Shown here: piece by piece, positions 1 to 14,978 of the stretch
How positions within the stretch are numbered: the first letter of the stretch is position 1
Layout: each line of letters opens with the position of its first letter
NCBI GenBank assembly: GCA_002269645.1
Contig: NIVC01000644.1
Span: forward strand, 1-64,000
DNA length: 64,000 nt
Direction of reading: 5' to 3'
Origin: Macrostomum lignano
Taxonomy: Eukaryota
Translations under genes and position numbers: made by a program
Notes under the pieces: generated by a model
Database searches by the model: none
What the model saw: the letters and a program-made list of their open reading frames with translations, nothing else
Told to the model about the DNA's origin: nothing

Positions 1-868
1 TGTGACCTTACGATTCTCTGGTCATTGTGACCTTGGGATTCTCTGGTAGTGTGACCTTGGGTTTCTCTGGTCATGTGACCTTGGGTGTTTCTGGTCATGT
101 GACCCTGAGTTTCTCTGGTTATGTGACATTGGGTTGTTGGGTTTCTCTGGTCATGTGACCTTGGGTTTCTCTTATATGTGACCTTGGATTCTCTGGTTAT
201 GTAACCTTGGATTCTCTGTCATGTGACCTTGGGTTTCTCTGGTCATGAGACCTGGGATTCTCTGGTGGTGTGACCTTCGGATTCTCTGTCATGTGACCTT
301 GGATTCTCTGGTAGTGTGACCTTCGGGTTTCTCTGGTCATGTGACCTTGGGTTTCTCTAAGTTTATGTGACCTTTGGGATTCTCTGGTTTATGTAACCTT
401 GGGATTCTCTGGTCATGTGACCTTGGTTTCTCTGGTCATGAGACCTTGGGATTCTCTGGTGGTGTGACCTTGGGATTCTCTGTCATGAGACTTGGGATTC
501 TCTGGTGGTGTGACCTTGGGATTCTCTGGTCATGAGACCTTGGATTCTCTGGTTATGTGACATTGGGTTGCTCTGGTTTCCTGGTCATGTGACCTTGGGA
601 TTCTCTGGTCATGTGACCTTGGGATTCTCTGGTCATGAGACCTTGGATTCTCTGGTCATGTGACCTTGGGTTCTCTGGTCATGTGACCCTGGTTTCTCTG
701 GTCATGTGACTTGGGTTTCTCTGGTCATGAGACCTTAGGATTCTGGTCATGAGACCTTGGGATTCTCTGGTCATGTGACCTTGGGGTTCTCTGGTCATGT
801 GACCCTGGGTTTCTCTGGTCATGTGACCTTGGGTTTCTCTGGTCATGAGACCTTAGGATTCTCTGGTC
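1..868. repeat. Degenerate ~24-26 bp minisatellite (CTCTGGTCATGTGACCTTGGG(A/T)TT), truncated by the window start
   Basis: The unit recurs continuously from base 1 to about 868, with indels and point variants. Confidence 0.95.
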
Positions 869-890
869 CTGCTTTCTAAGAATTTTCTGG

Positions 891-1166
891 TCATGCTGCA
901 CGAAGGCAGTTCTGGTCGCAGCTGCTTGCCTCTTCAGGTGGCGGAGGCGGCGGAAAATCGTCTCGACTCTCGTCCATCTCCAGCAAAGCTTCTAGACATT
1001 GTTGTTGCTGCTGCTGTTGTTTGCTTTTGCTGCGGCGGCGGTGGTGGCGCGGCTCTTCCTCTGGCTTCCGTTTCGCCTCGCGATTCTCCTCGCGCAGACA
1101 CTTGTCCAAGTCCAGCTGCAGGGCGTGCAGACTGTCCAGTATGCTGTCCAATTCGTTAGTTGCCAT
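891..1166 (-). CDS. Possible short ORF or exon (91 aa, MATNELDSILDSLHALQLDLDKCLREE...QQQQQQQ...PPPPPPEE), unknown product
   Basis: GC-rich ATG-to-TGA frame with poly-Q and poly-P tracts like the real exons in this window. The N-terminus is an LD-like amphipathic helix. No strong splice donor was found and no family was recognised. Confidence 0.35.
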   Translation of the reverse strand: MATNELDSILDSLHALQLDLDKCLREENREAKRKPEEEPRHHRRRSKSKQQQQQQQCLEALLEMDESRDDFPPPPPPEEASSCDQNCLRAA

Positions 1167-1628
1167 GGAAACCAATGCGCAAATCGTTAATCGACGGCAA
1201 TACAAAAGAGTTAAGCAGATCAAGTTAAAAGCAGAAAAGCCCAGTTAATCACCGCGCCAGTAAGGTGAATGTAAAAAGGTTACGGAAGGTTCGGTCTAGG
1301 ACTAATAAAAGGTCTGGGCTGATGCACAACTGAACGCTGATGAAGCCTGGATGCTGGATGGGAGATTTGGACAGTTTCTGGTGGGTCAGAGGGAGCCGGA
1401 CTGGCTGGCATGCAGAAGACAAAATGCAGACGATTGGGGGGGGGGGTTGTGGCCAAGCCACACTTCGCCTGTGCTGGTGGAGGGCGGTGCGGCACTCGGT
1501 CGTGGCTGGCTGGTAGGAGGGTGAAAGTTCCTGCGCATTTGGCAGTACGCGTACAGTCGGGGAAGACCATGGACTACTGAACACAGCACTGACTGACTGG
1601 AATGGAAAGCAAGTTGACCCATGCTAGC

Positions 1629-1629
<1 letters not shown>

Positions 1630-1711
<82 letters not shown>

Positions 1712-1727
1712 ATATCTATCCATCTAT
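1630..1727. repeat. (ATCT)n microsatellite
   Basis: Direct reading of the sequence. Confidence 0.95.
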
Positions 1728-2489
1728 CCACAGGCAAGACTCGCCAAGAAACATGACTCCTCATTTCACTAGTGAGGGAGGGCAACTGACCCTTCGCTGG
1801 TTTGCTGGATCCCCCATGGCAGTTAAGCAATAATCTCCAATAATTCTACAAACAATATCGAAAGCCCTCCGCCCAGATACTAGATCCCAGCAGTCCATGA
1901 GCAGGCCACAGTCACGCATGCATAGAAAGGAAACACTATAGGAAACTTTTTTCTCTCTCGTCTCGCCACTCAGCCTGGGTGGGTGTGGGTGGTCTCTGGT
2001 GTCACCAACGCGCCGAACTCCTCTGCTTTGCGCTGCGCGCCCCGATCGCTCAATGCCAACGCATGCACAGTGATAGGCCAAAAATCAAGCATAAAAGCTG
2101 AGGCTACGCGTACCGCACTACTTCACTGTACGGTCCTGCCTCTCGCCCTACAAATATCGGTATTTGCTAAGCGGAGCACTCAACCATGGGGGCAGGGAGA
2201 ATGGGAAGAGAGAGGAAAGGGACTGAGAAGCAACTTGGCCGCCCAAATCCCAACTGCTGTGGTGCAAAACCCAAAACGCAAAACTTGTACCAATTAAGCA
2301 GCTTTGCACAGCGCAACCTACTTTAATTAATCAGCAAGCAAGTAAAATGATGGCATTCCCGTGTCTGCTGTGGCAGCCTCGCCGATACATCTGGGATAAA
2401 TCTGTGTGCCTTCCCTCAGTTTACCTGCGCTAAAGTACATCTTGCTCTCTTCATCCTTTCCTACTGAATCACACTCAGCCTTCCAATCT

Positions 2490-3068
2490 CAGCCTTAGTC
2501 TCCCAATCTCACCCTCAGCCTCCCAATCTCTCTCTCGGTCTCCCAACCTGACCGTCAGTCTCCCAGTCTCACCCTTAGTCTCCCAGTCTCACCCTCAGTC
2601 TCCCAATCTCACCCTCAATCTCTCAATCTCACCCTCAGCCTCCCAATCTCACCCTCAGCCTCCAATCTCACCATCAGCCTCCCAATCTTTCTCTCAGTCT
2701 CCCATTCTCACTCTCAGTCTCCCAATTTCACCCCCCTCAGTCTCCAAGTCTCACCTTCAGTCTCCAAATCTCACCCTTAGTCTCCCAATCTCACCTTCAG
2801 TCTCCCAGTCTCACCCTCAGTCTCCCACTTTCACCCTCAATCTCCCAATCTCACCCTCAGTCTCTCAATCTCACCCTCAGCCTCCCAATCTCACCCTCAG
2901 CCTCCCAATCTCTCTCTCGGTCTCCCATTCTCATCTCAGTCTCCCAATCTCACCCTCAGTCTCCCATTCTCACCCTCAGTCTCCCAATCTCACCCTCCGA
3001 AATCTCAGCTCGGTCTCCTCTCACCTTCAGTGTCCCAATCTCACCGCAGCTCACCCTCAGTCTCCCAA
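2490..3068 (+). repeat. 20-bp minisatellite (CTCAGTCTCCCAATCTCACC), left arm of an inverted pair
   Basis: Tandem degenerate units; the reverse complement of the array at 3788-4510. Confidence 0.9.
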
Positions 3069-3787
3069 ATGCCATCGAGGTTCTTTAGACAGGGCCAGTT
3101 TCTCTAACTCTCACATGAACAACACGTGACAAACCTGCTTGGCTTCCCAAAGACTCCATAAATAAAGAAATTATGGATTCGTTTCGCTCTAGTTCTCGGA
3201 CGTCATAAACTTCTGTCCGTGCCATTTCCCCCAACATTTTATACAATTTCTCATTCGCAGTCATGAAATTTACATGAATTCATCGCCTACTGACAGTAGA
3301 GACTAAAACCCTGCAGTTATTTGAAACTTCAGTTTTTATGAGATTTGAAATCTCATTTTACAGCCAACTGATAGCTAGCCGCCTCACCATTGGTCTAGAG
3401 CTTGTCAGCCAATCAAATTAGTCCGGAACAGTCATGCGTGATTCTGAAGGGTCCTCTGGATGGGGCTATGCTTTGTGGATTCCCCCCGGCAAATGGAACA
3501 GAATGAGTCATTCCCAGACCGAACATTGGTACAGAAATCATTTTAATTGCTTTTCTCTGCTTCTGCCGATTTTGCTTGATTTTCAAAGATTGCGCGAGAG
3601 AAAAAAGAGAAATACTGGTAAAGATTGAGCGGCAAATTCGCGTCATCTCTGATGCAGGGAAATCGTTGGAAAATTATCCATTTCTAAGCTGTTTGTCAGC
3701 TCTGAGAAATAATTTGGGTGCTCTGGGGGCCTTTATTGCAAAACAGCATCATCCTGGGGATTCGAGTAAAGAATGACCTGAAGCTGA

Positions 3788-4510
3788 GACAGGGAGACTG
3801 AGGGTGAGATTGGGAGACTGAAGGGAGATTGGGAGACTGAGGGTGAGATTGGGAAACTGAAGGGAGATTGGGAGACTGAAGGGAGATTGGGAGACTGAAG
3901 GGAGATTGGGAGACTGAGGGTGAGATTGGGAGACTGAAGGGAGATTGGGAGACTGAGGTGAGATTGGGAGACTGAAGGGAGATTGGGAGACTGAGGGTGA
4001 GATTGGGAGACTGAAGGGAGATTGGGAGACTGAGGGTGAGATTGGGAGACTGAGGGTGAGACTGGGAGACCGAAGGTGAGATTGGGAGACTGAAGGTGAG
4101 ATTAAGAGACTGAGGGTGAGAATGGGAGACTGAGGGTGAGAATGGGAGACTGAGGGCGAGATAAGAAGACTGAGGGTGAGACTGAGAGACTGAAGGTGAG
4201 ATTGGGAGACTGAAATTGAGATTGAGAGACTGAAAGTGAGATTGGGAGACTGAAGGTGAGATTGGGAGACTGAGGGTGAGATTGGGAGACTGAGGGTGAG
4301 AATGGGAGACTGAGGGTGAGAATGGGAGACGAGGGCGAGATTGGGAGACTGAAAGTGAGATTGGGAGATTGAGGGTGAGATTGGGAGAGTGAGGGTGAGA
4401 ATGGCAGACTGAGGGTGAGATTGGGAGACTGAGGGGAGAACGGGAAACTGAGAGTGAGATTGGGAGACTGAGGGAGAGAATGGGAGACTCCGGGTGAACG
4501 AATGGAGACT
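3788..4510 (-). repeat. 20-bp minisatellite (GGTGAGATTGGGAGACTGAG), right arm of an inverted pair
   Basis: Tandem units that are the reverse complement of the 2490-3068 unit. Confidence 0.9.
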
Positions 4511-4815
4511 GTAGATAAATTGAGATAATTATGTATGGAAAATTAAAGAGGTCAGCAACGTTTCACACACAATGCAAAGATCAACTTGAAGATTCGCCAG
4601 AAAATGTTCCAACAGTTTCATGTCGACGAAGGCCAACAAGGACGGCAGAGCCTCCAGCTGAGTGCTGGGCTGAGGTGCTCATCAGGATCGATAGAGCAGA
4701 TGCCACATTCTCCTATTAAGTAGATCCCCTTTCATTCAAGTGGTTACAAGGGTCCTTCGGTTCCGAATGGATTCCAGCTTTTAAAAATGAAGTGAGTGGC
4801 CTCTGGGCTTTGTAG

Positions 4816-6043
<1,228 letters not shown>

Positions 6044-6671
6044 CAGCAGATCAGTAGGGATCAACTGATTATACGAGCTACTCAGAGCGCTACATCCCAG
6101 AGACAGCATAGCACTGATTAGACCCGCACTCCCCGAGCCCTCCATCAAATTAATAATTCAGCTCCGCCGTCTCCTCATCTGATTATTGTTAAAGCTATGC
6201 GACTGCCTAGAGAGCGGGAAGTGAGTGAGTTGGAATCCCTCACTATCGCATCCCTTCTACTCGATTTGTTTCCAAATCAGCCCGCTAAGCAACCCCCCAC
6301 CGACCCCCCCCCCCCCGGCCATTAACTGCGCGGCCGGGCAGCCGAAGGAAAGGAAACGCTGGCAGACTTGAGGCAGGCAGGGGTGTCGGTTTCTCCCAGT
6401 GTCTTTGTCCCAGCTTGCAGACACGCACGCAACCGCCCTTGAGGACCCCTCCCCACTGATCTGCTGTCTTTGCCTTCTTTTGCCTCTAGGAGAAGACACA
6501 CAGACTTAGTATAGTGAGTGAACAAGGCGAAACTCGCAACTGGAGAGCCAAAATAAACAAATAAATGACGTCATTCTAACAGGAACATTAATATAATTGT
6601 TTTACCTGACGCGGGTTGCGGGCGAGAGGGGTCGGGGGGCATTGACGAATGGTAAATTATATGGAGTTTCC

Positions 6672-6946
6672 TAGCGCCCCTGGTGCAAAAGTCCCTGGTG
6701 CTAAAGCCCCTGGTGCTAAAGCCCCTGGTGCTAAAGTCCCTGGTGCTAAAGCCTCTGGTGCTAAAGCCTCTGGTGCTAAAGCCCCTGGTGCTAAAGCCCC
6801 TGGTGCTAAAGCCCCTGGTGCTAAAGCCCCTGGTGCTAAAGCCCCTCAAATGAAAACGGCGCCCCTCAAATGAAAACGGCGCCCCTCAAATAAAAACGGC
6901 GCCCCTCAAATGAAAACGGCGCCCCTCAAATGAAAACGGCGCCCCC
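6672..6946. repeat. Compound minisatellite: 15-mer GCCCCTGGTGCTAAA (~12 copies) followed by 20-mer GCCCCTCAAATGAAAACGGC (~5 copies)
   Basis: Direct reading; the two units share GCCCCT. Confidence 0.9.
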
Positions 6947-7207
6947 TTCTGATGATACAGCCTCCCGTGAAAAATCCTACGATAAGGATTAGGGACAGGA
7001 TAGATGGGGAGCAGATTGCGCAGAACAGTCTTCAGCCCTACTATCACCTACGTGCGGTCTCCGGGCAAGCCCAGCCCACTGATTTATTGATTTTTTTGTC
7101 ATCCGGTATCCCCAATCCTAATTTCAAACCCGCATTTCCGTTTTACGACTGCAAACCGCCACAGTTCATTCGGAATGGAGCTTGGCGCTTGGCAACTGAG
7201 CTTCTGG

Positions 7208-7260
<53 letters not shown>
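7208..7260. repeat. (CT)n microsatellite
   Basis: Direct reading. Confidence 0.95.
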
Positions 7261-7263
<3 letters not shown>

Positions 7264-7375
7264 CATGCAGTCTGCCTTGGGGGTTCTTAATGAGGCAGCT
7301 AAGATTCTGATGCGATTTAAGACTGTCATGTGACAATAATTATTTTAGATAATGCCGATTGGGAGAAAGAAGGGG

Positions 7376-8803
7376 GGAGAGACAGGGAGAGACAGGGGAG
7401 AGACAGGGAGAGACAGGGAGAGGCAGGGAGAGACAGGGAGAGACAGGGGAGAGACAGGGAGAGACAGGGAGAGGCAGGGAGAGACAGGGAGAGACAGGGG
7501 AGAGACAGGGAGAGACAGGGAGAGACAGGGGAGAGACAGGGAGAGACAGGGAGAGACAGGGAGAGACAGGGAGATGCAGGGGAGAGACAGGGAGAGACAG
7601 GGGAGAGACAGGGAAAGACAGGGAGAGACAGGGGAGAGACAAGGAGAGACAGAGGAGAGACAGGGGAGAGACAAGGAGAGACAGAGGAGAGACAGGGAGA
7701 GACAGGGGAGAGACAGAGGAGAGACAGAGGAGAGACAGGGGAGAGACAGGGGAGAGACAGGGAGAGACAGGGAGAGACAGGGAGAGGCAGGGGAGAGACA
7801 GGGAGAGACAGGGAGAGACAGGGAGAGGCAGGGGAGAGACAGAGGAGAGACAAGGAGAGACAGAGGAGAGACAGGGAGAGACAGGGAGAGACAGGGAGAG
7901 GCAGGGGAGAGACAGGGAGAGACAGGCGAGAGACAGGGAAAGACAGGGAGAGACAGGGGAGAGACAAGGAGAGACAGGGGAGAGACAGGGAGAGACAGGG
8001 AGAGGCAGGGGAGAGACAGGGAGAGACAGGGGAGAGACAAGGAGAGACAGAGGAGAGACAGGGGAGAGACAAGGAGAGACAGAGGAGAGACAGGGAGAGG
8101 CAGGGGAGAGACAGGGAGAGACAGGGGAGAGACAGGGGAGAGACAGGGAGAGACAGGGAGAGGCAGGGGAGAGACAGGGAGAGGCAGGGGAGAGACAGGG
8201 AGAGACAGGGAGAGACAGAGAGAGGCAGGGGAGAGACAGGGAGAGACAGGGGAGAGACAGGGAAAGACAGGGGAGAGACAGGGGAGAGACAGGGAGAGAC
8301 AGGGAGAGGCAGGGGAGAGACAGGGAGAGACAGGGGAGAGACAAGGAGAGACAGAGGAGAGACAGGGGAGAGACAAGGAGAGACAGAGGAGAGACAGGGA
8401 GAGGCAGGGGAGAGACAGGGAGAGACAGGGGAGAGACAGGGGAGAGACAGGGAGAGACAGGGAGAGGCAGGGGAGAGACAGGGAGAGGCAGGGGAGAGAC
8501 AGGGAGAGACAGGGAGAGACAGAGAGAGGCAGGGGAGAGACAGGGAGAGACAGGGGAGAGACAGGGAAAGACAGGGAGAGACAGGGGAGAGACAGGGAGA
8601 GACAGGGAGAGGCAGGGGAGAGACAGGGAGAGACAGGGGAGAGACAAGGAGAGACAGAGGAGAGACAGGGGAGAGACAAGGAGAGACAGAGGAGAGACAG
8701 AGGAGAGACAGGGGAGAGACAGGGAAAGACAGGGAGAGACAGGGGAGAGACAGGGAGAGACAGGGAGAGACAGGGAGAGGCAGGGGAGAGACAGGGAGAG
8801 ACA
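7376..8803. repeat. Purine-rich 11/12-bp minisatellite (GGG(G)AGAGACAG)
   Basis: About 1.4 kb of tandem units. The lack of stop codons produces the six overlapping ORFs at 7326-9109. Confidence 0.95.
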
Positions 8804-9225
8804 ATTGAGGGAAAGAATCCACAACAGAAAGCTCTGTCTGTAGCAGACAGCGGGCAACCCGACCCATACATTTGCACGCTCATGCACGCTCGCTCTCAAT
8901 GCACGCTCCCAAATTCGGCTGCAGAACTCTGCTCGGCCGGCCATGCTATTGCTGGCAAATTGGTGAAGCCGCGGAAACGCACAGGGAGTAGCAGGAGAGA
9001 GTGGTGGGTGGAAGCGAGGCTTGGGTTCGCAAACTGTAGCATTTTTGCCGATTTTGTCGCAAACCGCCGAGACAGAGAGCTGAGGCCTAATTTATTTTTA
9101 GCTGAATAGTGTTTCTGAGGCCCACGGCTTTATCGAACGTGTTATTGTAACAGAAATTGCTGAATTTTGCTTCAGTTCCGAAATTGAACTCGATAAAAGC
9201 AAACAGAGAAAGGCATTATTTGCAC

Positions 9226-10393
9226 ACGCTGCTGTCTTGTCCTCTCACTCTGCTGTCTTGTCCTCTCACTCTGCTGTCTTGTCCTCTCACTCTGCTGTCT
9301 TGTCCTCTCACTCTGCTGTCTCATCTCCTCACTCTGCTGTCTCATCTCCTCACTCTGCTTTCTCATCTCCTCACTCTGCTGTCTTGTCCTCTCACTCTGC
9401 TGTCTTGTCCTCTCACTCTGCTGTCTCATCTCCTCACTCTGCTGTCTCATCTCCTCACTCTGCTGTCTTGTCCTCTCACTCTGCTGTCTTGTCCTCTCAC
9501 TCTGCTGTCTTGTCCTCTCACTCTACTGTCTCATCTCCTCACTCTGCTGTCTCATCTCCTCACTCTGCTGTCTTGTCCTCTCACTCTGCTGTCTTGTCCC
9601 CTCACTCTGCTGTCTTGTCCTCTCACTCTGCTGTCTTGTCCTCTCACTCTGCTGTCTTGTCCTCTCACTCTGCTGTCTTGTCCTCTCACTCTGCTGTCTT
9701 GTCCCCTCACTCTGCTGTCTTGTCCTCTCACTCTGCTGTCTCATCTCCTCACTCTGCTGTCTCATCTCCTCACTCTGCTGTCTCATCTCCTCACTCTGCT
9801 GTCTCATCTCCTCACTCTGCTGTCTCATCTCCTCACTCTGCTGTCTCATCTCCTCACTCTGCTGTCTCATCTCCTCACTCTGCTGTCTCATCTCCTCACT
9901 CTGCTGTCTTGTCCTCTCACTCTGCTGTCTTGTCCTCTCACTCTGCTGTCTTGTCCTCTCACTCTACTGTCTCATCTCCTCACTCTGCTGTCTCATCTCC
10001 TCACTCTGCTGTCTCATCTCCTCACTCTGCTGTCTTGTCCTCTCACTCTGCTGTCTTGTCCTCTCACTCTGCTGTCTTGTCCTCTCACTCTGCTGTCTTG
10101 TCCCCTCACTCTGCTGTCTTGTCCTCTCACTCTGCTGTCTCATCTCCTCACTCTGCTGTCTCATCTCCTCACTCTGCTGTCTCATCTCCTCACTCTGCTG
10201 TCTCATCTCCTCACTCTGCTGTCTCATCTCCTCACTCTGCTGTCTCATCTCCTCACTCTGCTGTCTCATCTCCTCACTCTGCTGTCTCATCTCCTCACTC
10301 TGCTGTCTCATCTCCTCACTCTGCTGTCTTGTCCTCTCACTCTACTTTCTTGTCCTCTCTCTCTGCTGTCTTGTCCTCTCACTCTGCTGTCAT
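9226..10393. repeat. 21-bp minisatellite with two interleaved variants (CTCTGCTGTCTTGTCCTCTCA / CTCTGCTGTCTCATCTCCTCA)
   Basis: Direct reading; about 55 units. Confidence 0.95.
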
Positions 10394-10949
10394 GTCTTGG
10401 AAGGGCCTCATTTTTTTAATTTGCAAATAGTTGCCAATTGGAAGGATTGAAAGTAACTCGGGGTGGAGAATATGGGATCAAGTGGGGAGTTGGTGGGATC
10501 AGTTTGCGAAACGCTAAACATCACCCATTTAACCAAATTTAATTCCTTTATCCAGTCGCAGTTTTTGTTGCACAAAGATCTCCGCTTCTCACCGCGCATA
10601 GGAGCCACCGAGCCAGTGTTAAGTGAAGTGGTTGCTGTTGGTTGGGAGTTTAGAATGGACCGTGGGAAAAACGCATGCCCGGGCTGTTTGGGTTGCATGG
10701 TGGAGAAGAACTATCTATATTTGGGAGTTGGAAAGGGGCGGCCTATGCTTTGTTCCAACCCGCATTCTGTAGCCCCGCTCTGTTACTAGAATTCAGTTCC
10801 TGTTTGGTCGGGAATTAAACTAGGATTCTGTCATTCTGATGCACATAATCAGAATTTATGATCTAAACTACTGCTCTGTGCGTACCTGTCTGTATATGCA
10901 GGGGGTAAGGGGTTGGAGTATTGACAGTGACAGCTGACAATACAGAAGG

Positions 10950-11379
<430 letters not shown>

Positions 11380-12213
11380 CTACCCAAGCTACCCACATCA
11401 AGCGTTAAATATCATCGAACCTGAAATGTTCTATATAACACGCTCGTATACTACATTAAAATCGTCATGCTGGAAGCAGAATTTGCATCTGGATGAATCG
11501 ATTAGTGGGAGTTTAGCCAGCAGAGGGAGTCAAAGGCAATGTTGGGAATTTAGGGAATACAGACGGGCGCACAGTAAACACAGGGGGGAGGCAAACTTCC
11601 CTGTGAGGTGATTTGAATCTGACTGTGTGGGATGAAAGAGTTGACGTTGTGTAGGTAAGACAGCTGGGAACAGAGACGCCTATGCTGAGGGATAATCTTG
11701 GATCTAGCCACGGGGGTTCCTCTCTGCCTTTTCCCCTCCCCCCCCCGGCTTCTCTCTTTCTTCCCAAATTTCCCAACTCCCACTTGGGGGCTGTGAGAGC
11801 TTAGCCAAGCGTGAGCTGAAGAAATGAGGTGGGGATCCCGGGGAGATGGTCTGAAGTGGGAGAGAAGATGAATAAGGGATATTGGTTGGTGGGCTATCGT
11901 GTCAAATATACAGTCAAATATCTGCAAAAGCCTTGAGTAAGTGTGAATGGTTCTCAACTTTCCTCACATTTTTCAGCTCTCACTTTCCCCACCATTATTT
12001 TGTTTTCGGTTTTTTCCGAACGATAGAAAATCAGCTTGGGTCAGAATGGGTCTTTGTTGACCCCCGACTGGTCTTTGTTTTGCTTCGGTGGAAATTCGTC
12101 GTGATATTATTGCTACATTTTATTGCGTAATGCTTGACTTTAGTGGGCCAAATTATACAGGCAGTATAAGATTTCATCACATTTTTGACGTAAAACATTT
12201 TGCACCTCCATGG

Positions 12214-12716
12214 TTAGGCGCCATTTCAACTGTAATTGAGGCGCCATTTCAACTGTAATTGAGGCGCCATTTTGACTGTGATTGAGGCGCCATTTTGACT
12301 GTGATTGAGGCGCCATTTTAACTGCAATTGAGGCGCCATTTCAACTGTAATTGAGGCGCCATTTCAACTGTAATTGAGGCGCCATTTCAACTGTAATTGA
12401 GGCGCCATTTCAACTGTAATTGAGGTGCCATTTCAACTGTAATTGAGGCGCCATTTCAACTGTAATTGAGGTGCCATTTCAACTGTAATTGAGGCGCCAT
12501 TTCAACTGTAATTGAGGCGCCATTTCAACTGTGATTGGGGCGCCATTTCAAGTGTTGTTGAGGCGCCATTCCAGCTGTGATTAAGGCGCCATCTTAACTG
12601 TAATTGAGGCGCCATTTCAACTGTGATTGGGGCGCCATTTCAAGTGTTGTTGAGGCGCCATTCCAGCTGTGATTAAGGCGCCATCTTAACTGTAATTGAG
12701 GCGCCATTCCAACTGT
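12214..12716. repeat. 23-bp minisatellite (AGGCGCCATTTCAACTGTAATTG), about 21 copies
   Basis: Direct reading. Confidence 0.93.
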
Positions 12717-13282
12717 GTGTGCTGTGTGTGACCCATAGTTTCAATATTTGACATTTAAAAAAAGGCACCTACCTATCGAATTCATAAAGACTCTACATTT
12801 AACATACAATCCATCGAACTTGATATCATTTGCCGATCGTCAAAGGACGGGGGGACCCTGTTGCGGTGGTGGGTGCCTGTCGCCTCCGCCCCTGGCCTCC
12901 ACAGATCCCATATCCCTGATTACAGACTGTGGCGGTGGCTACATTCCCAATGGTCTTTGTTCCGTGGGCAGCGAACCGATCGTTCTCCATCCTCTTCCCC
13001 GCGCTCCCTCGGAGCCTAATAATATTGGAGAGGATTTTTTGCCTCCTTGATCCCCCACTGATTCACTGATTCCCCGCGCTGTTCCGCCTCATTGGAGAAA
13101 TTCTTTTTATGGCCTGGTCTCCCGGTCTGTTTCTTCCCATCAGTCAAGCCATGTACAAGCGGGCGTATTGAAGTTGACTGGCTACTGGGGAACATCGACT
13201 GCGTACTCGAACCCATGCTGCGCTAGTTCGTAAATGATGTGGTCTCAGATGCACAATATTAACCTTATGGCCCGATTCAATT

Positions 13283-13883
13283 GATATCCCATGACTCCCG
13301 CAGATGCCCATGCTTCCTATAGATATTACATGATTCCCATAGATATCCCATGTTTCCCATAGATATCCCTTGATTTCCATCGATATCCATTGATTCCCAT
13401 AAATATCCCATGCTTCTCATAGATATCCCATGACTCCCATTGATATCCCATGCTTCCGATAGATATCCCATGCTTCCCATCGATATCCCATGCTTTCCAT
13501 AGGTATCCCTTGATTTCCATTGATATCCATTGATTCCCATGGATATGGATATTACATGGATATTACATGATTCCGATAGATATCCCATGCTTCCCATAGA
13601 TATCTCATACTTCTTATAGATGCCCCATATTTCCATAGATAATACATGATTCCCATAGATATCCCATGCTTCTTATAGATGCCCCATGCTTCTTATAGAT
13701 GCCCCATGCTTCTTATAGATGCCCCATGCTTCCGATAGATATTACATGATTGCCATAGATATCTCATGCCTCCCCTAGATATTACCCAGGTACATGATTC
13801 CCATCGATATCCCATGATTCCCATCGATATCCCATGATTCCCATAGGTATCCCATGATTCCCATAGGTATCCCATTACTCCCA
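13283..13883. repeat. Degenerate 20-bp minisatellite (ATATCCCATGATTCCCATAG)
   Basis: Direct reading. Confidence 0.9.
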
Positions 13884-14559
13884 AGTTCTTACAGTATTTG
13901 TCAAGATTTCGCAGACGCCCTGCCGCTCGAATTCAAACGGAAATCCGTCATGCCACCGTGCTAATGCCAATTTCCCAATCCCCTGTGTTGCGTCACTCGG
14001 CTTCATTCAATCCTTCCCGATCCCTCCAGGGCTCTGAAGAGGGAAGCCGGAGCCCCGCCTCCCCACCCAGATAAAGCCGATAATGACGGTTGGAAAGATT
14101 TGATTCCCCGAGCTGCTGACGAAGGTAAAAACAGCTTTTGTACACCTGATATCCTTAAGAATTAAGGTATTACACCCGCTAAACTCCCTCATTAATAATA
14201 TTCTTGGGTTTATTGTTTACATGCAACCACCACTTTTATAAGTCTGTCAATACAAGTAGAGTTCGCGGTTATTCGACTTCTTTGACGCGCGGTGACTGCG
14301 CTGAGCATATGGCATTTAATTACAGAGGTGTCACATGCAGACAAGGAGGCAGGGGCCATATTAGCACATTATGATGACTGTCACGTTGTGGAAACTCTGA
14401 ATTGAATAAGAGGTCATTTTGCCTAATAATTTGCAGCCGCGCTGGAGCACCTGCTGTTTTGTGAAAGAAAGGAAGGCCTTGCTTTTGTTTCGAAATAGTC
14501 TTCGCTTTCGGGTTTAGATGGGAAATCTACAGAGTCTAGACATTGCATCGTGTCATAGA

Positions 14560-14978
14560 CAATCTTTGGTGTCTATAGATAATCTATCGTGTCTATAGAG
14601 GCAACCTAAAGACCTATTGTGTCGAGAGACAATCCAACGTGTCTAGTGTTAATCTATCGTGTCTAAAGATAATCTATCGTGTCTAGAGACAGTCTATCGC
14701 CTCTCAGAGACAATCAATCGTGTCTAGAGATAATCCATCGTGGCTAGAGATAATCTATCGTGTCTAAAGATTATCTATATATTGTGTCTAAATAAAATCT
14801 ATCGTGTCTAGAGATAATCTATGGAGTCTAAGAGATAATCTATTGTGTCTGGAGACAGTCTATCACCTGTTAGGGACAATCAATCGTACCAAAAGATAAT
14901 GTATCGAGTCTAGAGATAATCTATTGAGTCTAGAGACGTATCGTATGGTGTCTTAAGACAACTTATAGTGTCTAGAGA
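14560..14978. repeat. Old, degenerate ~20-bp minisatellite (ATCTATCGTGTCTAGAGATA)
   Basis: Recurring ATCTATCGTGTCTAGAG core with many substitutions. Confidence 0.8.
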
